A model generated the notes under the pieces. It was not told the origin of the DNA. It saw only the letters and a program-made list of their open reading frames with translations, and did no database searches. Made by a program: the position numbers and the translations under genes. Below are positions 10,093-19,910 of a stretch of 64,000 nt of DNA, one piece after another. The stretch comes from an uncultured Spirochaetota bacterium (GTDB lineage Bacteria > Spirochaetota > Spirochaetia > SZUA-6 > CAVTHK01). The number at the start of each line of letters is the position of its first letter. The first letter of the stretch is position 1. The stretch is taken from the NCBI GenBank assembly GCA_963734495.1, contig CAVTHK010000001.1, forward strand, positions 544,001-608,000, written 5' to 3'.

Positions 10093-11159
10093 TGCCGCTC
10101 GTCCTGCGCGGCCTCGCCAAGCGCTACCCGCAGCTCGACCTCGAGCTGTCGCTGGAGATCGCGACGGGCGAGCTCGCGACGCTGCTCGGCCCGAGCGGCT
10201 GCGGAAAGACCACCGCGCTGCGGCTGATCGCCGGCTTCCTCGCTCCCGACCGCGGGGAGGTCGTGCTGGACGGCCGCGACGTGACGCGCCTGGCGCCCGA
10301 GGACCGCGGCGTCGGGATCGTCTTCCAGGACTACGCGCTGTTCCCGCACATGAACGTCGCGCAGAACGTGGCCTTCGGGCCGCGCATGCGCGGGTGGCCG
10401 CGGGCGGGAACGGAGGCACGGGTCGAGGAGCTGCTCGCGCTGGTCGGGCTCGCCGGCTTCGAGGAGCGGCGGGTCGAGGAGCTTTCGGGGGGCGAGCAGC
10501 AGCGGGTCGCCCTCGCGCGCGCCCTCGCCCCGCGGCCCCGCCTGCTCCTGCTCGACGAGCCGCTCTCCGCCCTCGACCGAGGCCTGCGCGAAGGGCTGCG
10601 CCGCGAGATCCGCCGCGTGCAGCGCGGGCTCGGCATCACGACCGTCTACGTGACCCACGACCAGGAGGAAGCGCTCGCGCTCTCCGACCGCGTCGTGGTG
10701 CTCAACGGCGGCCGCGTCGCCCAGGCCGGGCCGCCCCGCGAGATCTACCACAGGCCGCGGACCCTGTTCGTGGCGGACTTCGTCGGCAAGTCCAACCAGG
10801 TGCCGGGGCGCGTCGTGCGGCGCGACGAGGGCGGGCTCGAGGTCGAGACGCCGTCGGGCGTGTGGCGGTGCCTGGGCCCCGACGGCGTCGCGCCCGGCGA
10901 CGCGGTGCGCGTGCTCTTCAGGCCCGAGAGCTGCCGGCTCGACGCGGCGGGCGGGGCCGCCGGCAACCGCGTCGTCGCCGCGGTCGACAGCGTCGAGTAC
11001 CTCGGTGAGGGGTCCGTGATCCGGGCGCGCGCCGGCGCGAGCGAGCTGGTCATCAGGGCCGGCGACGACGCGGCCCCCGCCCCGGGCGCCAGCGTCTCGT
11101 TCACCGTCGCCCCCTCCGCCTGCTGGGCGCTGCCGCAGCAGCCGCCGCGCGGCGCTTGA
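10092..11159 (+). CDS. thiQ: ABC transporter ATP-binding subunit (ThiQ/PotA-like, C-terminal TOBE)
   Basis: GPSGCGKT, LSGGEQQRVALAR, LLLDEP, VTHDQEEA; TGATG overlap with thiP. Confidence 0.85.
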   Translation: MPLVLRGLAKRYPQLDLELSLEIATGELATLLGPSGCGKTTALRLIAGFLAPDRGEVVLDGRDVTRLAPEDRGVGIVFQDYALFPHMNVAQNVAFGPRMRGWPRAGTEARVEELLALVGLAGFEERRVEELSGGEQQRVALARALAPRPRLLLLDEPLSALDRGLREGLRREIRRVQRGLGITTVYVTHDQEEALALSDRVVVLNGGRVAQAGPPREIYHRPRTLFVADFVGKSNQVPGRVVRRDEGGLEVETPSGVWRCLGPDGVAPGDAVRVLFRPESCRLDAAGGAAGNRVVAAVDSVEYLGEGSVIRARAGASELVIRAGDDAAPAPGASVSFTVAPSACWALPQQPPRGA

Positions 11160-11191
11160 CCTTGGGAAGCGCCGGGGACGAACATCACCGC

Positions 11192-12208
11192 GTGATCGAT
11201 CGCGCGAGCCCGGTTCCGCTGCACTACCAGCTCTATCTCGAGCTCAAGGAGTGGTTCGTGCGGGAGTTCTCGCCGCGCGAGGTCCTGCCGACCGAGCTCG
11301 CGATCGCCGAGCGCTTCGGCATCGGGCGCGGCACCGTGCGGATCGCGCTGGACAACCTGGTGCGCGAAGGCCTGATCGTGCGCACCTCGGGCCGTGGGAC
11401 TTTCCTCAGCGAAGACTACCAGGTGCGGCTGCGCCAGGTGCGGGTGGGGATCATCCTCTCGGAGGCCGAGTTCGCGAACCGCGACGTCTGGGAGTACACG
11501 TGGGTGCACCACCTCCAGATGATCAACGGGATCATGGAAGCCAGCCCCCGCTACAACGTGGCCACCGAGCTCATCTCGGAGGAGATCTTTACCGAGCGCT
11601 ACAACGACCTCTGCGAAGGCTTCGTGCTGTGCCGGTACCTCAGGCCCGACGTCCTGGCCCGCATCCGCAGGCCGGTCGCGAGCCTGAACTACCTGATGGA
11701 CTTCCTGGACGGCTTCCGGCAGGTCGCGCGGCACGTGGCAGACACCGGCTACCGCCGGGTCGGCTACATCGGCTGGCCGACGGGCGGCAGGCTCGACACC
11801 GTGAACCGGGTGCTCGCGGAGAGCGGCAGGGCGCCGATCGCAGCCGAGGACGTCGTGGTCTGCGACGGCGCGCCCGAAGACGGCTACGGCGCCTGCAGGC
11901 AGCTGCTGCGTGACGGGCGTCCGATCGACGGCATCATCTGCTCCACCGATCTGCGCGCCATCGGCGTGCTCGACTACCTCCACGAATCCGGGCGGGCGGT
12001 CCCGGAGGCGGTCTCGATCTACGGCTTCGACGGCATCCTCAAGAGCGAGCTTACCACGCCCCCGTTGACGACCTGCGGATACGACTGGAAGTACCCGGGG
12101 CACTTCTCGATCCGGGAGATCCGGGCGCTGCTGGACGGCAGCGAGGCACCCGTCTACGTGCCGCCTCGGGGCGAGCTCATCGTCCGCAAGAGCACGCGCC
12201 GCGCCTGA
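11192..12208 (+). CDS. GntR-family HTH fused to LacI-type sugar-binding domain (AraR-like regulator)
   Basis: PLHYQL...LPTELAIAERFGIGRGTVR...GRGTF; C-terminal DLRAIG, VPEAVSIYGFDG, PPLTT, LIVRKST; start 11192 (GTG) or 11156. Confidence 0.85.
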   Translation: MIDRASPVPLHYQLYLELKEWFVREFSPREVLPTELAIAERFGIGRGTVRIALDNLVREGLIVRTSGRGTFLSEDYQVRLRQVRVGIILSEAEFANRDVWEYTWVHHLQMINGIMEASPRYNVATELISEEIFTERYNDLCEGFVLCRYLRPDVLARIRRPVASLNYLMDFLDGFRQVARHVADTGYRRVGYIGWPTGGRLDTVNRVLAESGRAPIAAEDVVVCDGAPEDGYGACRQLLRDGRPIDGIICSTDLRAIGVLDYLHESGRAVPEAVSIYGFDGILKSELTTPPLTTCGYDWKYPGHFSIREIRALLDGSEAPVYVPPRGELIVRKSTRRA

Positions 12209-12240
12209 AACGTGCGTCCTCCGTCACTGGGAGCGCGCGA

Positions 12241-12293
12241 GCAAATGTTCGAACGTTTGCATCTTGACAGGCCCAAGGCTGAATGCGTAAGGT
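12241..12293 (+). promoter_or_regulatory. Palindromic operator plus sigma70 promoter upstream of the nagB-like gene
   Basis: GCAAATGTTCGAACGTTTGC near-perfect palindrome (12241-12260), TTGACA at 12264-12269, TAAGGT at 12288-12293. Confidence 0.6.
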
Positions 12294-12339
12294 TTTTCAG
12301 AGAGAGGCGGAGAGCAATGTCGCGCGCGATGAAGGCGCC

Positions 12340-14688
12340 ATGAGCGAAAACGGCCGAATCTCCTCGCGGGTCGAGCGGCACTTCCTCGAGCGGTCGGGGA
12401 TGGCGCCGATGTACGAGCCCGATGAGCGGATCCCGGTGATCGTCGTCTCCAATTTCCCGGAGCTGGGCCGGCTCGCCGCCCTCCGCTTCCTCGAATGGGT
12501 GCAGGACCACCCCGAAGGAGCGGTCTCGCTTCCCACGGGCAAGACCCCCGAGCACTTCATCCGCGAGGTTCCCCGGATACTCAGGAGCTGGGACGAGCCC
12601 GACACGCGGAGGCTGCTCGAAGAGGTGGGCTTGGACCCGGGCCGAAGGCCGCGGCTGGACGGCCTTCATTTTGTCCAGATCGACGAGTTCTACCCGATCA
12701 ACCCCCTGCACCACAACAGCTTCGCCTTCTACGTCCGCCGCTTCTACCTCGAGGGCCTGGGGCTCGACCCCGAGCGGGCGCTGCTGATCGAGTGCGACCG
12801 CATCGGGCTCCCCGAAGGGACCGCCCTCGAGGAGGTCTGGAGCGAAGACGAGGTCGACCTGAGCCTCCGCCGGCGCAGGCCGCTGGACGCGCGCGAGCGG
12901 CTGCAGAGGGACGTGCTCCACAGGATCGACCAATGGTGCGACGAGTACGAGGAGAAGATCCGCGCCCTCGGGGGGCTCGGCTTCTTCCTCGGAGGCATCG
13001 GCCCGGACGGGCACATCGCCTTCAACATCCGCGGCTCGAGCCTCTACTCGACGACGCGCCTGGCGGCCACCAACTACGAGACGCAGGCCGCCGCGGCCCT
13101 GGACCTCGGCGGCATCGAGGTCGCGCGCAGGCGCTGCGTCATCACGATCGGTCTCGGGACGATCACACGCAACCCGGACTGCGTCGCGATCATCCTCGCG
13201 GCGGGCGAGGCCAAGAAGACGATCGTGGCCGGCTCGGTCACGAGCCCGGTCGACGTCCGCTACCCCGCCTCGGTCCTGCAGAGGCTGCCCGAGGCGCGCT
13301 TCTACCTCACGCGGGGCGCCGCGCTGGATCTCGCGGCGCGCCGCTCGGCCGAGCTGGAAAAGCTTCCGCAGATCCCCACCCAGGAGAGCGACCGCATCCT
13401 GGTCGACCTCGCGCTCGCGTCGGGCAAGACGCTCGCGGAGCTGACCGACGACGACCTCGCCGGCTCCGGTTTCGGCCGGCTGCTCGCCTCGCGCGGGCTT
13501 TCGGCTTCCGCCGGGGCCGCGGCCGCGACCCGCATCCGGGAAAAGCTCGAGGCGGGGATGCACACCCTCGGAGGCAAGACCTTCCTCCACACCGAGCCGC
13601 ACCACGACGACATCCTCCTCGGCTACCTGCCCCACGTCGTGCGCCACATCCGCGACTGGAGCACCACGCACCACTTCGCGACGCTCACCAGCGGCTTCAA
13701 CGCGGTCACCAACGGCTTCATGCTCGAGCTGGTCCGCGGCCTCGAGAGCTTCCTTGCGGGCCCCGTCTTCGCGGGGCTGCTCGCCTCCGGTTCCTTCGAC
13801 CGCGGGAACAACGCCGCCCGCGACCAGGACGTGTGGCACTACCTCGACGGCATCGCCGAGCAGTCGACGGACCGGGCGCGCGAGGGCGAGATGCGGCGCC
13901 TCGCGCGGAACCTCATCGATCTGTATGACGAGAGGGACCCGCGGGCGCTGGTCGACCGCGTGCACGAGCTGGCGAACTACTTCCAGACCCAGTACCCGGG
14001 GCGCAAGGACCTGCCGCACATCCAGCGCCTGAAAGGCATGTGCCGGGAATGGGAATCGGACTGCCTGTGGGGCTACTTCGGCTGGAACGGCGAGTTCGTC
14101 CATCACCTGCGTCTCGGGTTCTACCAGGGCGAGGTCTTCACCGAGGAACCGACGATGGACCGCGACGTCAAGCCGATCATCGAGCTCCTCGCCGGCGTCA
14201 ACCCCGACGTCGTGACGGTCGCCTTCGACCCCGAGGCAAGCGGCCCCGACACCCACTACAAGTGCATGCAGGCGCTGGCCGAGGCGCTGCGAGCCCACGA
14301 GCGCTCGAGCGGCCGCAGCGACATCCGGGTGCTCGCCTACCGCAACGTGTGGTACCGGTTCCACCCCTGCGAGGCCAACGTGTACGTCCCGGTGTCGCTC
14401 AACATGTTCACCCTGCAGCACAGCGCCTTCATGAGCGCGTACCTCTCGCAGAGCAACGCCTCCTTCCCGAGCTACGATCACGAGGGGCCGTTCCCGGAGC
14501 TCGCGCAGCGCATCCAGGTCGAGCAGTACGGGACGCTCAAGGGCTGCCTCGGCGAGCGCTGGTTCAGCGAGCACCCGAGCGCGCTCATCCGGGCCACGCG
14601 CGGAATGGTCTTCCTGCGCATGATGAGCCTGGAGGAGTTCTACGGCGCCTGCCGCGCCCTGCGCGCGACGATGGAAGATAAAGGTTGA
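12340..14688 (+). CDS. nagB: Glucosamine-6-phosphate deaminase (NagB) fused to a PIG-L/LmbE-type deacetylase domain
   Basis: SLPTGKTP, QIDEFY, GGIGPDGHIAFN, ITIGLGTI; C-terminal EPHHDDI and GPDTHYK. Confidence 0.8.
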   Translation: MSENGRISSRVERHFLERSGMAPMYEPDERIPVIVVSNFPELGRLAALRFLEWVQDHPEGAVSLPTGKTPEHFIREVPRILRSWDEPDTRRLLEEVGLDPGRRPRLDGLHFVQIDEFYPINPLHHNSFAFYVRRFYLEGLGLDPERALLIECDRIGLPEGTALEEVWSEDEVDLSLRRRRPLDARERLQRDVLHRIDQWCDEYEEKIRALGGLGFFLGGIGPDGHIAFNIRGSSLYSTTRLAATNYETQAAAALDLGGIEVARRRCVITIGLGTITRNPDCVAIILAAGEAKKTIVAGSVTSPVDVRYPASVLQRLPEARFYLTRGAALDLAARRSAELEKLPQIPTQESDRILVDLALASGKTLAELTDDDLAGSGFGRLLASRGLSASAGAAAATRIREKLEAGMHTLGGKTFLHTEPHHDDILLGYLPHVVRHIRDWSTTHHFATLTSGFNAVTNGFMLELVRGLESFLAGPVFAGLLASGSFDRGNNAARDQDVWHYLDGIAEQSTDRAREGEMRRLARNLIDLYDERDPRALVDRVHELANYFQTQYPGRKDLPHIQRLKGMCREWESDCLWGYFGWNGEFVHHLRLGFYQGEVFTEEPTMDRDVKPIIELLAGVNPDVVTVAFDPEASGPDTHYKCMQALAEALRAHERSSGRSDIRVLAYRNVWYRFHPCEANVYVPVSLNMFTLQHSAFMSAYLSQSNASFPSYDHEGPFPELAQRIQVEQYGTLKGCLGERWFSEHPSALIRATRGMVFLRMMSLEEFYGACRALRATMEDKG

Positions 14689-14765
14689 AGCAAGGCGCCG
14701 GCCGACCCGCTCGAGCCGCTCTCGCGCCTTGACCCCTCGCGGCGGGGCTGCGTATCCTTTCGGCG

Positions 14766-15560
14766 TTGAAGCAATATCAGGACCTGCTGAGATTGATCCT
14801 CGAGCGCGGCACCCGCCGCGGCGACCGCACGGGCACCGGAACGCTCTCCTGGTTCGGCCACCAGATGCGCTTCGATCTCGCGGCAGGCTTCCCGTGCCTG
14901 ACGACCAAGCGACTGCGGCTGCGCTCGATCATCCACGAGCTGCTGTGGTTCCTGCGCGGCGAGACCAACGTCCGCTCGCTGAACGAGAACGACGTGCACA
15001 TCTGGGATCCGTGGGCGGACTCCAGCGGCGACCTCGGCCCGATCTACGGCGCGCAGTGGCGCTCCTGGCCCGCGGCCGACGGCCGCGCCATCGACCAGAT
15101 GGCCCGCGTCGTGGACCAGATCCGCTCGCACCCGGAATCGCGCCGGCTCGTGGTCAGCGCGTGGAACGTGGGCGAGCTGGACAGGATGGCGCTGCCCCCG
15201 TGCCACCTGCTGTTCCAGTTCTACGTGGCGGAGGGACGGCTCTCCTGCCAGCTCTACCAGCGCAGCGCCGACGTCTTCCTCGGCCTTCCCTTCAACATTG
15301 CCTCGTATGCGCTGCTGACCCTCATGGTCGCGCAGGTCACGGGGCTCGGTCCGGGCCACCTCGTGCACACCCTCGGTGATGCCCACCTGTACCTGAACCA
15401 CCTCGAGCAGGCGAAGCTCGTTCTCGAACGCGAGCCTCGCCCGCTTCCCACGCTGCGCCTGAACCCGGCGGTCACGTCCCTGTCAGGCTTCCGCTACGAC
15501 GACATCAGTCTCGAGAACTACGACCCCCATCCCGCCATCAAGGCACCGATCGCCGTATGA
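14766..15560 (+). CDS. thyA: Thymidylate synthase
   Basis: [57 protein letters not shown] start. Confidence 0.97.
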   Translation: MKQYQDLLRLILERGTRRGDRTGTGTLSWFGHQMRFDLAAGFPCLTTKRLRLRSIIHELLWFLRGETNVRSLNENDVHIWDPWADSSGDLGPIYGAQWRSWPAADGRAIDQMARVVDQIRSHPESRRLVVSAWNVGELDRMALPPCHLLFQFYVAEGRLSCQLYQRSADVFLGLPFNIASYALLTLMVAQVTGLGPGHLVHTLGDAHLYLNHLEQAKLVLEREPRPLPTLRLNPAVTSLSGFRYDDISLENYDPHPAIKAPIAV

Positions 15561-16663
15561 GCGGCGACGATTCACCGCGCGCGGCCGCGCAACGGATGCT
15601 CGTCTCCGTCATCGCCGCGGTGGCGGAAAACGGGGTCATCGGGCGCGCGGGTGACCTCGCGCTTCGGATCCCCGCCGACCTCGCGCGGCTGAAACGGCTC
15701 ACCATGGGCCACCACCTTGTCATGGGTCGGCGCACCTGGGAGTCGATCGGCAAGCCGCTTCCGGGCCGCACGACCATTGTGCTGTCGCGTGACTCCGGCT
15801 ACCGCGCTCCCGGCTGCCTGACGGCCGTCTCGCTCGCCGAGGCGCTGGAGACGGCGAGGCGCGCCGGCGAAACGGAGGCCTTCATCATGGGGGGCGGCGA
15901 GGTCTACAAGCAGGCCGTGCCGGCGGCCGACCGCCTCTACCTCACCCGCATCCATGCCTCGCCTGCGGGCGACACGACATTCCCGCCGGTCGGGCCGGAG
16001 TGGCGCGAGACCGCGCGCGAAGACCATCCCGAGGGCTCGCCCGCGCCCTTCACCTTTGTCGACCTGGAGCGGGCAGGGCGCGATCCTCTGGAGGAGACGG
16101 TGCTCTCCCGTAGAGAGCTCTTCCGCGGCGGCTATCTCCGGCTGGAGGAGCTCGCGATCCGCCTCCCTGACGGCCGCCAGGGCCGCCGCGAAGTGGTCAG
16201 CGTCCGCGACGCCGTGGCCGTGCTTCCCGTCGACGCCGCGGGCCGGGTGCACCTCGTCCGCCAGCACCGGGCCGCGATCGGCCGCACGATCCTCGAGGCG
16301 CCGGCCGGCGTCATCGAGCGGGACGAGGACCCTGAAGCCGCGGCCCGAAGGGAGTGCGAGGAGGAGATCGGCCTGCGGCCGAAGCGGCTGCTTCGCCTCA
16401 TCAGCTACGCGCACGCCGAAGGCTATTCGACGGGCTTCATCACGCTGTACGTCGGCCTCGACCTCGAGCGCGTGGAGAGCCCCGGCCTCGACGCGAGCGA
16501 ATTCCTCGAGCACGTCGTGCTGCCGTTCGCGGAGCTTCGCGAACAGGTCGGTCGCAACGAGATCGTGGACTCCAAGACCATCCTGACTACGCTGTACTGG
16601 GAGAGGATCAGGGAGACTCTGCCGCCTTCGGGCGCTCCGGCCGAAGCGTCCGCGCGCCCGTGA
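15557..16663 (+). CDS. folA: Dihydrofolate reductase fused to a NUDIX hydrolase (ADP-ribose pyrophosphatase-like)
   Basis: [41 protein letters not shown]; then NUDIX box [22 protein letters not shown] and DSKT. Confidence 0.85.
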   Translation: MSGDDSPRAAAQRMLVSVIAAVAENGVIGRAGDLALRIPADLARLKRLTMGHHLVMGRRTWESIGKPLPGRTTIVLSRDSGYRAPGCLTAVSLAEALETARRAGETEAFIMGGGEVYKQAVPAADRLYLTRIHASPAGDTTFPPVGPEWRETAREDHPEGSPAPFTFVDLERAGRDPLEETVLSRRELFRGGYLRLEELAIRLPDGRQGRREVVSVRDAVAVLPVDAAGRVHLVRQHRAAIGRTILEAPAGVIERDEDPEAAARRECEEEIGLRPKRLLRLISYAHAEGYSTGFITLYVGLDLERVESPGLDASEFLEHVVLPFAELREQVGRNEIVDSKTILTTLYWERIRETLPPSGAPAEASARP

Positions 16664-17490
16664 ACGCCCGCGGGTGCCGCGCGCCGGCGCTGCTTGCGGC
16701 GTCGCTGCTGCTGTTCGCCGGCTGCGGCGGCGGAGCGCGCAGGGAACGCGCCATCGGACCGGATTTCCGCATCGGGGCCCGCGATCTCGCGCAGACGACG
16801 GCCGGCCTGCGTTCCGACACCAGGGCGAGGATCGAGGCGGACCCGGCGGGGTTCCTGCGCCTGATGACGCAGATCATGTCCGCGCCGCAGCCGCTGCTCA
16901 CCCTCGTCGACAAACAGCATGGGCTTTCTCCTGACGAGGTCCCCCGGGACCTCGTGCCGCTCGAACGCACCCGCCTTCGCGCGGCGAGGAAGGGCCTCTC
17001 GCTCAGGGCGATCGTCGTCCCGGACATGGAGGCGATGGCCGAAGCTGCCGAGCGGTCCGGCGCCGGCCTTCTTGTTTCATCTGCCTATCGTTCCTACGAG
17101 TATCAGCAGGGGCTGTTCGAGCGGAGCGTGCGGGCGGAAGGCCGCGAGCAGACCGAGAGGGAGCTCGCTCTCCCCGGTCACTCCGAGCATCAGCTCGGCA
17201 CGGCGGTCGATTTCGGATCGGTCGACGCCTCCTTCGCGGACACCGCGGCCGGGAGATGGCTCGCATCGGAGGCGTGGAAGTACGGCTTCGTGCTCTCCTA
17301 TCCCCGCAACGGAGAGGGGGAGACGGGCTACATCTACGAGCCCTGGCATTTCCGCTACGTCGGCAGGCCCGCGGCCGCGATGGCGCACGCGTTCTTCGGC
17401 GACGACAGGCAGGAGCTCCTCACGTTCTACCGGGAAAAGGAGCCGTACTTCCGCGACCGCGCGCGGACGAGCGGCCGCACTTCCCCATAG
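16660..17490 (+). CDS. M15B (VanY-like) D-Ala-D-Ala carboxypeptidase lipoprotein
   Basis: Lipobox LLLFAGC, SAYRSY, PGHSEHQLGTAVD, YEPWHFRYVG. Confidence 0.9.
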   Translation: MNARGCRAPALLAASLLLFAGCGGGARRERAIGPDFRIGARDLAQTTAGLRSDTRARIEADPAGFLRLMTQIMSAPQPLLTLVDKQHGLSPDEVPRDLVPLERTRLRAARKGLSLRAIVVPDMEAMAEAAERSGAGLLVSSAYRSYEYQQGLFERSVRAEGREQTERELALPGHSEHQLGTAVDFGSVDASFADTAAGRWLASEAWKYGFVLSYPRNGEGETGYIYEPWHFRYVGRPAAAMAHAFFGDDRQELLTFYREKEPYFRDRARTSGRTSP

Positions 17491-17657
17491 CGGCGGGGGC
17501 CCTGCTGTCCGGTCGCAGAAATCGGAGATCTGCGGAAAACGTTGTGTGGCATTTTCACCCAATTTGCCGATAATAGGGGAGAACTCCCGACTCAATGCCT
17601 GACAGGCGCCCGCGGGGCGGCATTGCGCCCCGTTGAAATGGGTGTGGAGCACGAGCG

Positions 17658-19802
17658 ATGATGCTTGCGTTGAAAGAGCTCAAGGAGATCGTCACCGAGC
17701 TGCCCCGGGGAGGCTACCTGGTGCAGACCTCGGCCGGCTATATCCAGCTCGGAGCGCCTCCGGAAACCATCAAGGACACCATGCTGCTGCCCAACTCGGT
17801 GCCGCAGCTCTTTGTCCTGCCGCGGCGTCTGTTCAACGCAGAGAAGGGCATCAGCCTGGCCGAGCTCGAGTTCCCGATCTACTTCAACTTCTTCATCCTC
17901 AAGCGCAAGACGACGATCATCTGCACTCGTCAGCAGGCCGTGCGGCTGCTCCGGGTGCTGAGGGAGCCGATCTTCGGCCCCGAGGTGGTCGACACGCGGC
18001 AGGACGTCAATCCGGCCAGCACGGGAGTCATCGCCCCCGACCTCAAGTCCGAGATGGACTACTACAAGAACTTCGGGCTCGAGAACCTGCTCTCCTTCCA
18101 CTTCTTCCGCGACGGCCGCTGCAGCTTCGGCAAGGTGTCCGTGTTCTCGCTGCCTTCGGGCTTCACCATCTCCGACGGCGGAACCATCGTCGCGCAGCTT
18201 CCGGCCACGATCGAGTACAAGGGGCGCTTCGAAGTCGGGCAGAGGCTGGCGGAGCCGTACAGGCCGCCGCTGTTCGGGGTCACCTGCCTCGGACCGAGCC
18301 ACGGCTTCGATCCCACCGAGAACACGTCGGGATATATCGTCTGGCTCAACCACCGCGGGATCATGGTCGACCCGCCGGTCAACTCGACGGAGTGGCTCGA
18401 AGAGTCCAACGTCAACCCCAAGCTCATCGACGCCATCATCGTCACGCACTGCCACGCCGACCACGACGCCGGAACCTTCCAGAAGATCATGGAAGAAGGC
18501 AGGATCACCGTCTACACGACGCGCACCGTGATGGACAGCTTTCTCCGCAAGTACTCGGCACTCTCGGAGGAGTCGATCGAGTACCTGCTGCAGCTCTTCC
18601 ACTTCGAGCCGGTTCACCTGGAGCGGCCCTACTACATCCACGGGGGCGAGTTCCGCTTCGTGTACAGGCTGCACTCGATCCCGACGATCGGCTTCACCCT
18701 GAAGTTCCAGGGGCAGACGTTCGTGTACTCCTCGGACCACCAGGGCGAGCCGCGGGTCCACAAGCAGCTCCTGGAGGAGAAGCGGATCAGCCCCGAGCGC
18801 TTCAAGCAGCTCTCCCACTTCCCGTGGGACGCGGACGTGATCTACCACGAGTCGGGCATCCCGCCCCTGCACACGGCGATCAAGTGGCTCGATTCGCTGC
18901 CCGAGGAGTACAAGCGCAAGACCAACGTCTACCACATCGCGAAGAAGGACTTCCCCGAGAAGACCTCGCTCACGCTCGCGACGTTCGGCATCGAGAACAC
19001 CCTCTACTTCAAGACGACCCCGCCGAGGTTCGAAAAGACCTACGAGGTGCTCGGCATCCTGAAGCACCTGGACTTCTTCCAGGATTTCCCGCTCGAGAAG
19101 GTGCAGCAGTTCGTCATCTCCGTGGAGGAGGAGGAGTTCCGCAAGGGGCAGACCATCATCCGCAGGGGCGAGCGGGGCCGCAAGTTCTACATCATCTATT
19201 CGGGAAACGTGGCCATCAACTTCGAGGGCCTCGAGAAGAAGAAGATCTACAGCAACTACGAGTACTTCGGCGAGCTCAGCCTGCTCACCGACCAGCCGGT
19301 GTCCGCCGACGTGGTCGCGGAGACCGACGTCATTGCCTACTCGATGGAGCGCGACAAGTTCCTCGCCTTCGTGGCGGGCACCGATTTCGAGAAGACTCTG
19401 AAGAAGCTCATCCAGGCGCGCGACGAGGAGACCTGGAACGTGCTGTCGACGAGCAGCTTCTTCCAGCGGCTGACCTCGTACCAGAAGACCTGGCTCGAGA
19501 GCTACCTCACGCGCGAGCCCGACGGCGAGTCGCGCGTGCTCGCGCGGGAGGGCGAGCCCTTCGACCGCATGTACATCATCCGCGAGGGGATCGTGGACGT
19601 GACGCGGGCGCGCCGCAAGATCGCGGAGCTGAAGCGCGGGGATTTCGTCGGGGACCTGCACGGGATCGCGAGCAACAGCCCGTCGGACTTCACGTTCACG
19701 GCGCGCTCGGGCGTCCGCCTGTTCTCGATCGACAGCGCGGACATGCGGCTGTTTGCCAAGCAGAACCCGGGGCTCATTCTCAAGCTGGCGTACGAGTTCT
19801 AG
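17658..19802 (+). CDS. Metallo-beta-lactamase-fold cyclic-nucleotide phosphodiesterase with two cNMP-binding domains
   Basis: LGPSHGFDP, THCHADHDAG (HxHxDH), HSIPT, YSSDH, IYHESG; cNMP domains IIRRGERGRKFYII...YFGELSL and REGEPFDRMYII...FVGD. Confidence 0.8.
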   Translation: MMLALKELKEIVTELPRGGYLVQTSAGYIQLGAPPETIKDTMLLPNSVPQLFVLPRRLFNAEKGISLAELEFPIYFNFFILKRKTTIICTRQQAVRLLRVLREPIFGPEVVDTRQDVNPASTGVIAPDLKSEMDYYKNFGLENLLSFHFFRDGRCSFGKVSVFSLPSGFTISDGGTIVAQLPATIEYKGRFEVGQRLAEPYRPPLFGVTCLGPSHGFDPTENTSGYIVWLNHRGIMVDPPVNSTEWLEESNVNPKLIDAIIVTHCHADHDAGTFQKIMEEGRITVYTTRTVMDSFLRKYSALSEESIEYLLQLFHFEPVHLERPYYIHGGEFRFVYRLHSIPTIGFTLKFQGQTFVYSSDHQGEPRVHKQLLEEKRISPERFKQLSHFPWDADVIYHESGIPPLHTAIKWLDSLPEEYKRKTNVYHIAKKDFPEKTSLTLATFGIENTLYFKTTPPRFEKTYEVLGILKHLDFFQDFPLEKVQQFVISVEEEEFRKGQTIIRRGERGRKFYIIYSGNVAINFEGLEKKKIYSNYEYFGELSLLTDQPVSADVVAETDVIAYSMERDKFLAFVAGTDFEKTLKKLIQARDEETWNVLSTSSFFQRLTSYQKTWLESYLTREPDGESRVLAREGEPFDRMYIIREGIVDVTRARRKIAELKRGDFVGDLHGIASNSPSDFTFTARSGVRLFSIDSADMRLFAKQNPGLILKLAYEF

Positions 19803-19873
19803 GGATCGGAGCCCCCGGGTCCGGGGGGCATGCACCGTGCGGTGAGGAGACGCTGCGATGAACCAGGCGAAAA

Positions 19874-19902
19874 TTGACCGCACCCCCCCTTTGTGCTACC
19901 CT
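19874..19902 (+). promoter_or_regulatory. Putative extended -10 sigma70 promoter (TTGACC-17-TGcTACCCT)
   Basis: -35 at 19874-19879, -10 at 19897-19902, ATG 8 nt downstream with no SD. Confidence 0.5.
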
Positions 19903-19910
19903 GACCTCTG

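Noticed and set aside
16660-17490. VanY-like gene as vancomycin resistance
   Set aside because: No vanHAX or vanRS; a standalone M15B carboxypeptidase is ordinary cell-wall metabolism
19808-19830. GC hairpin after the MBL-cNMP gene (and a similar one at 1079-1094) as a terminator
   Set aside because: No U-tract; such hairpins arise easily in GC-rich DNA
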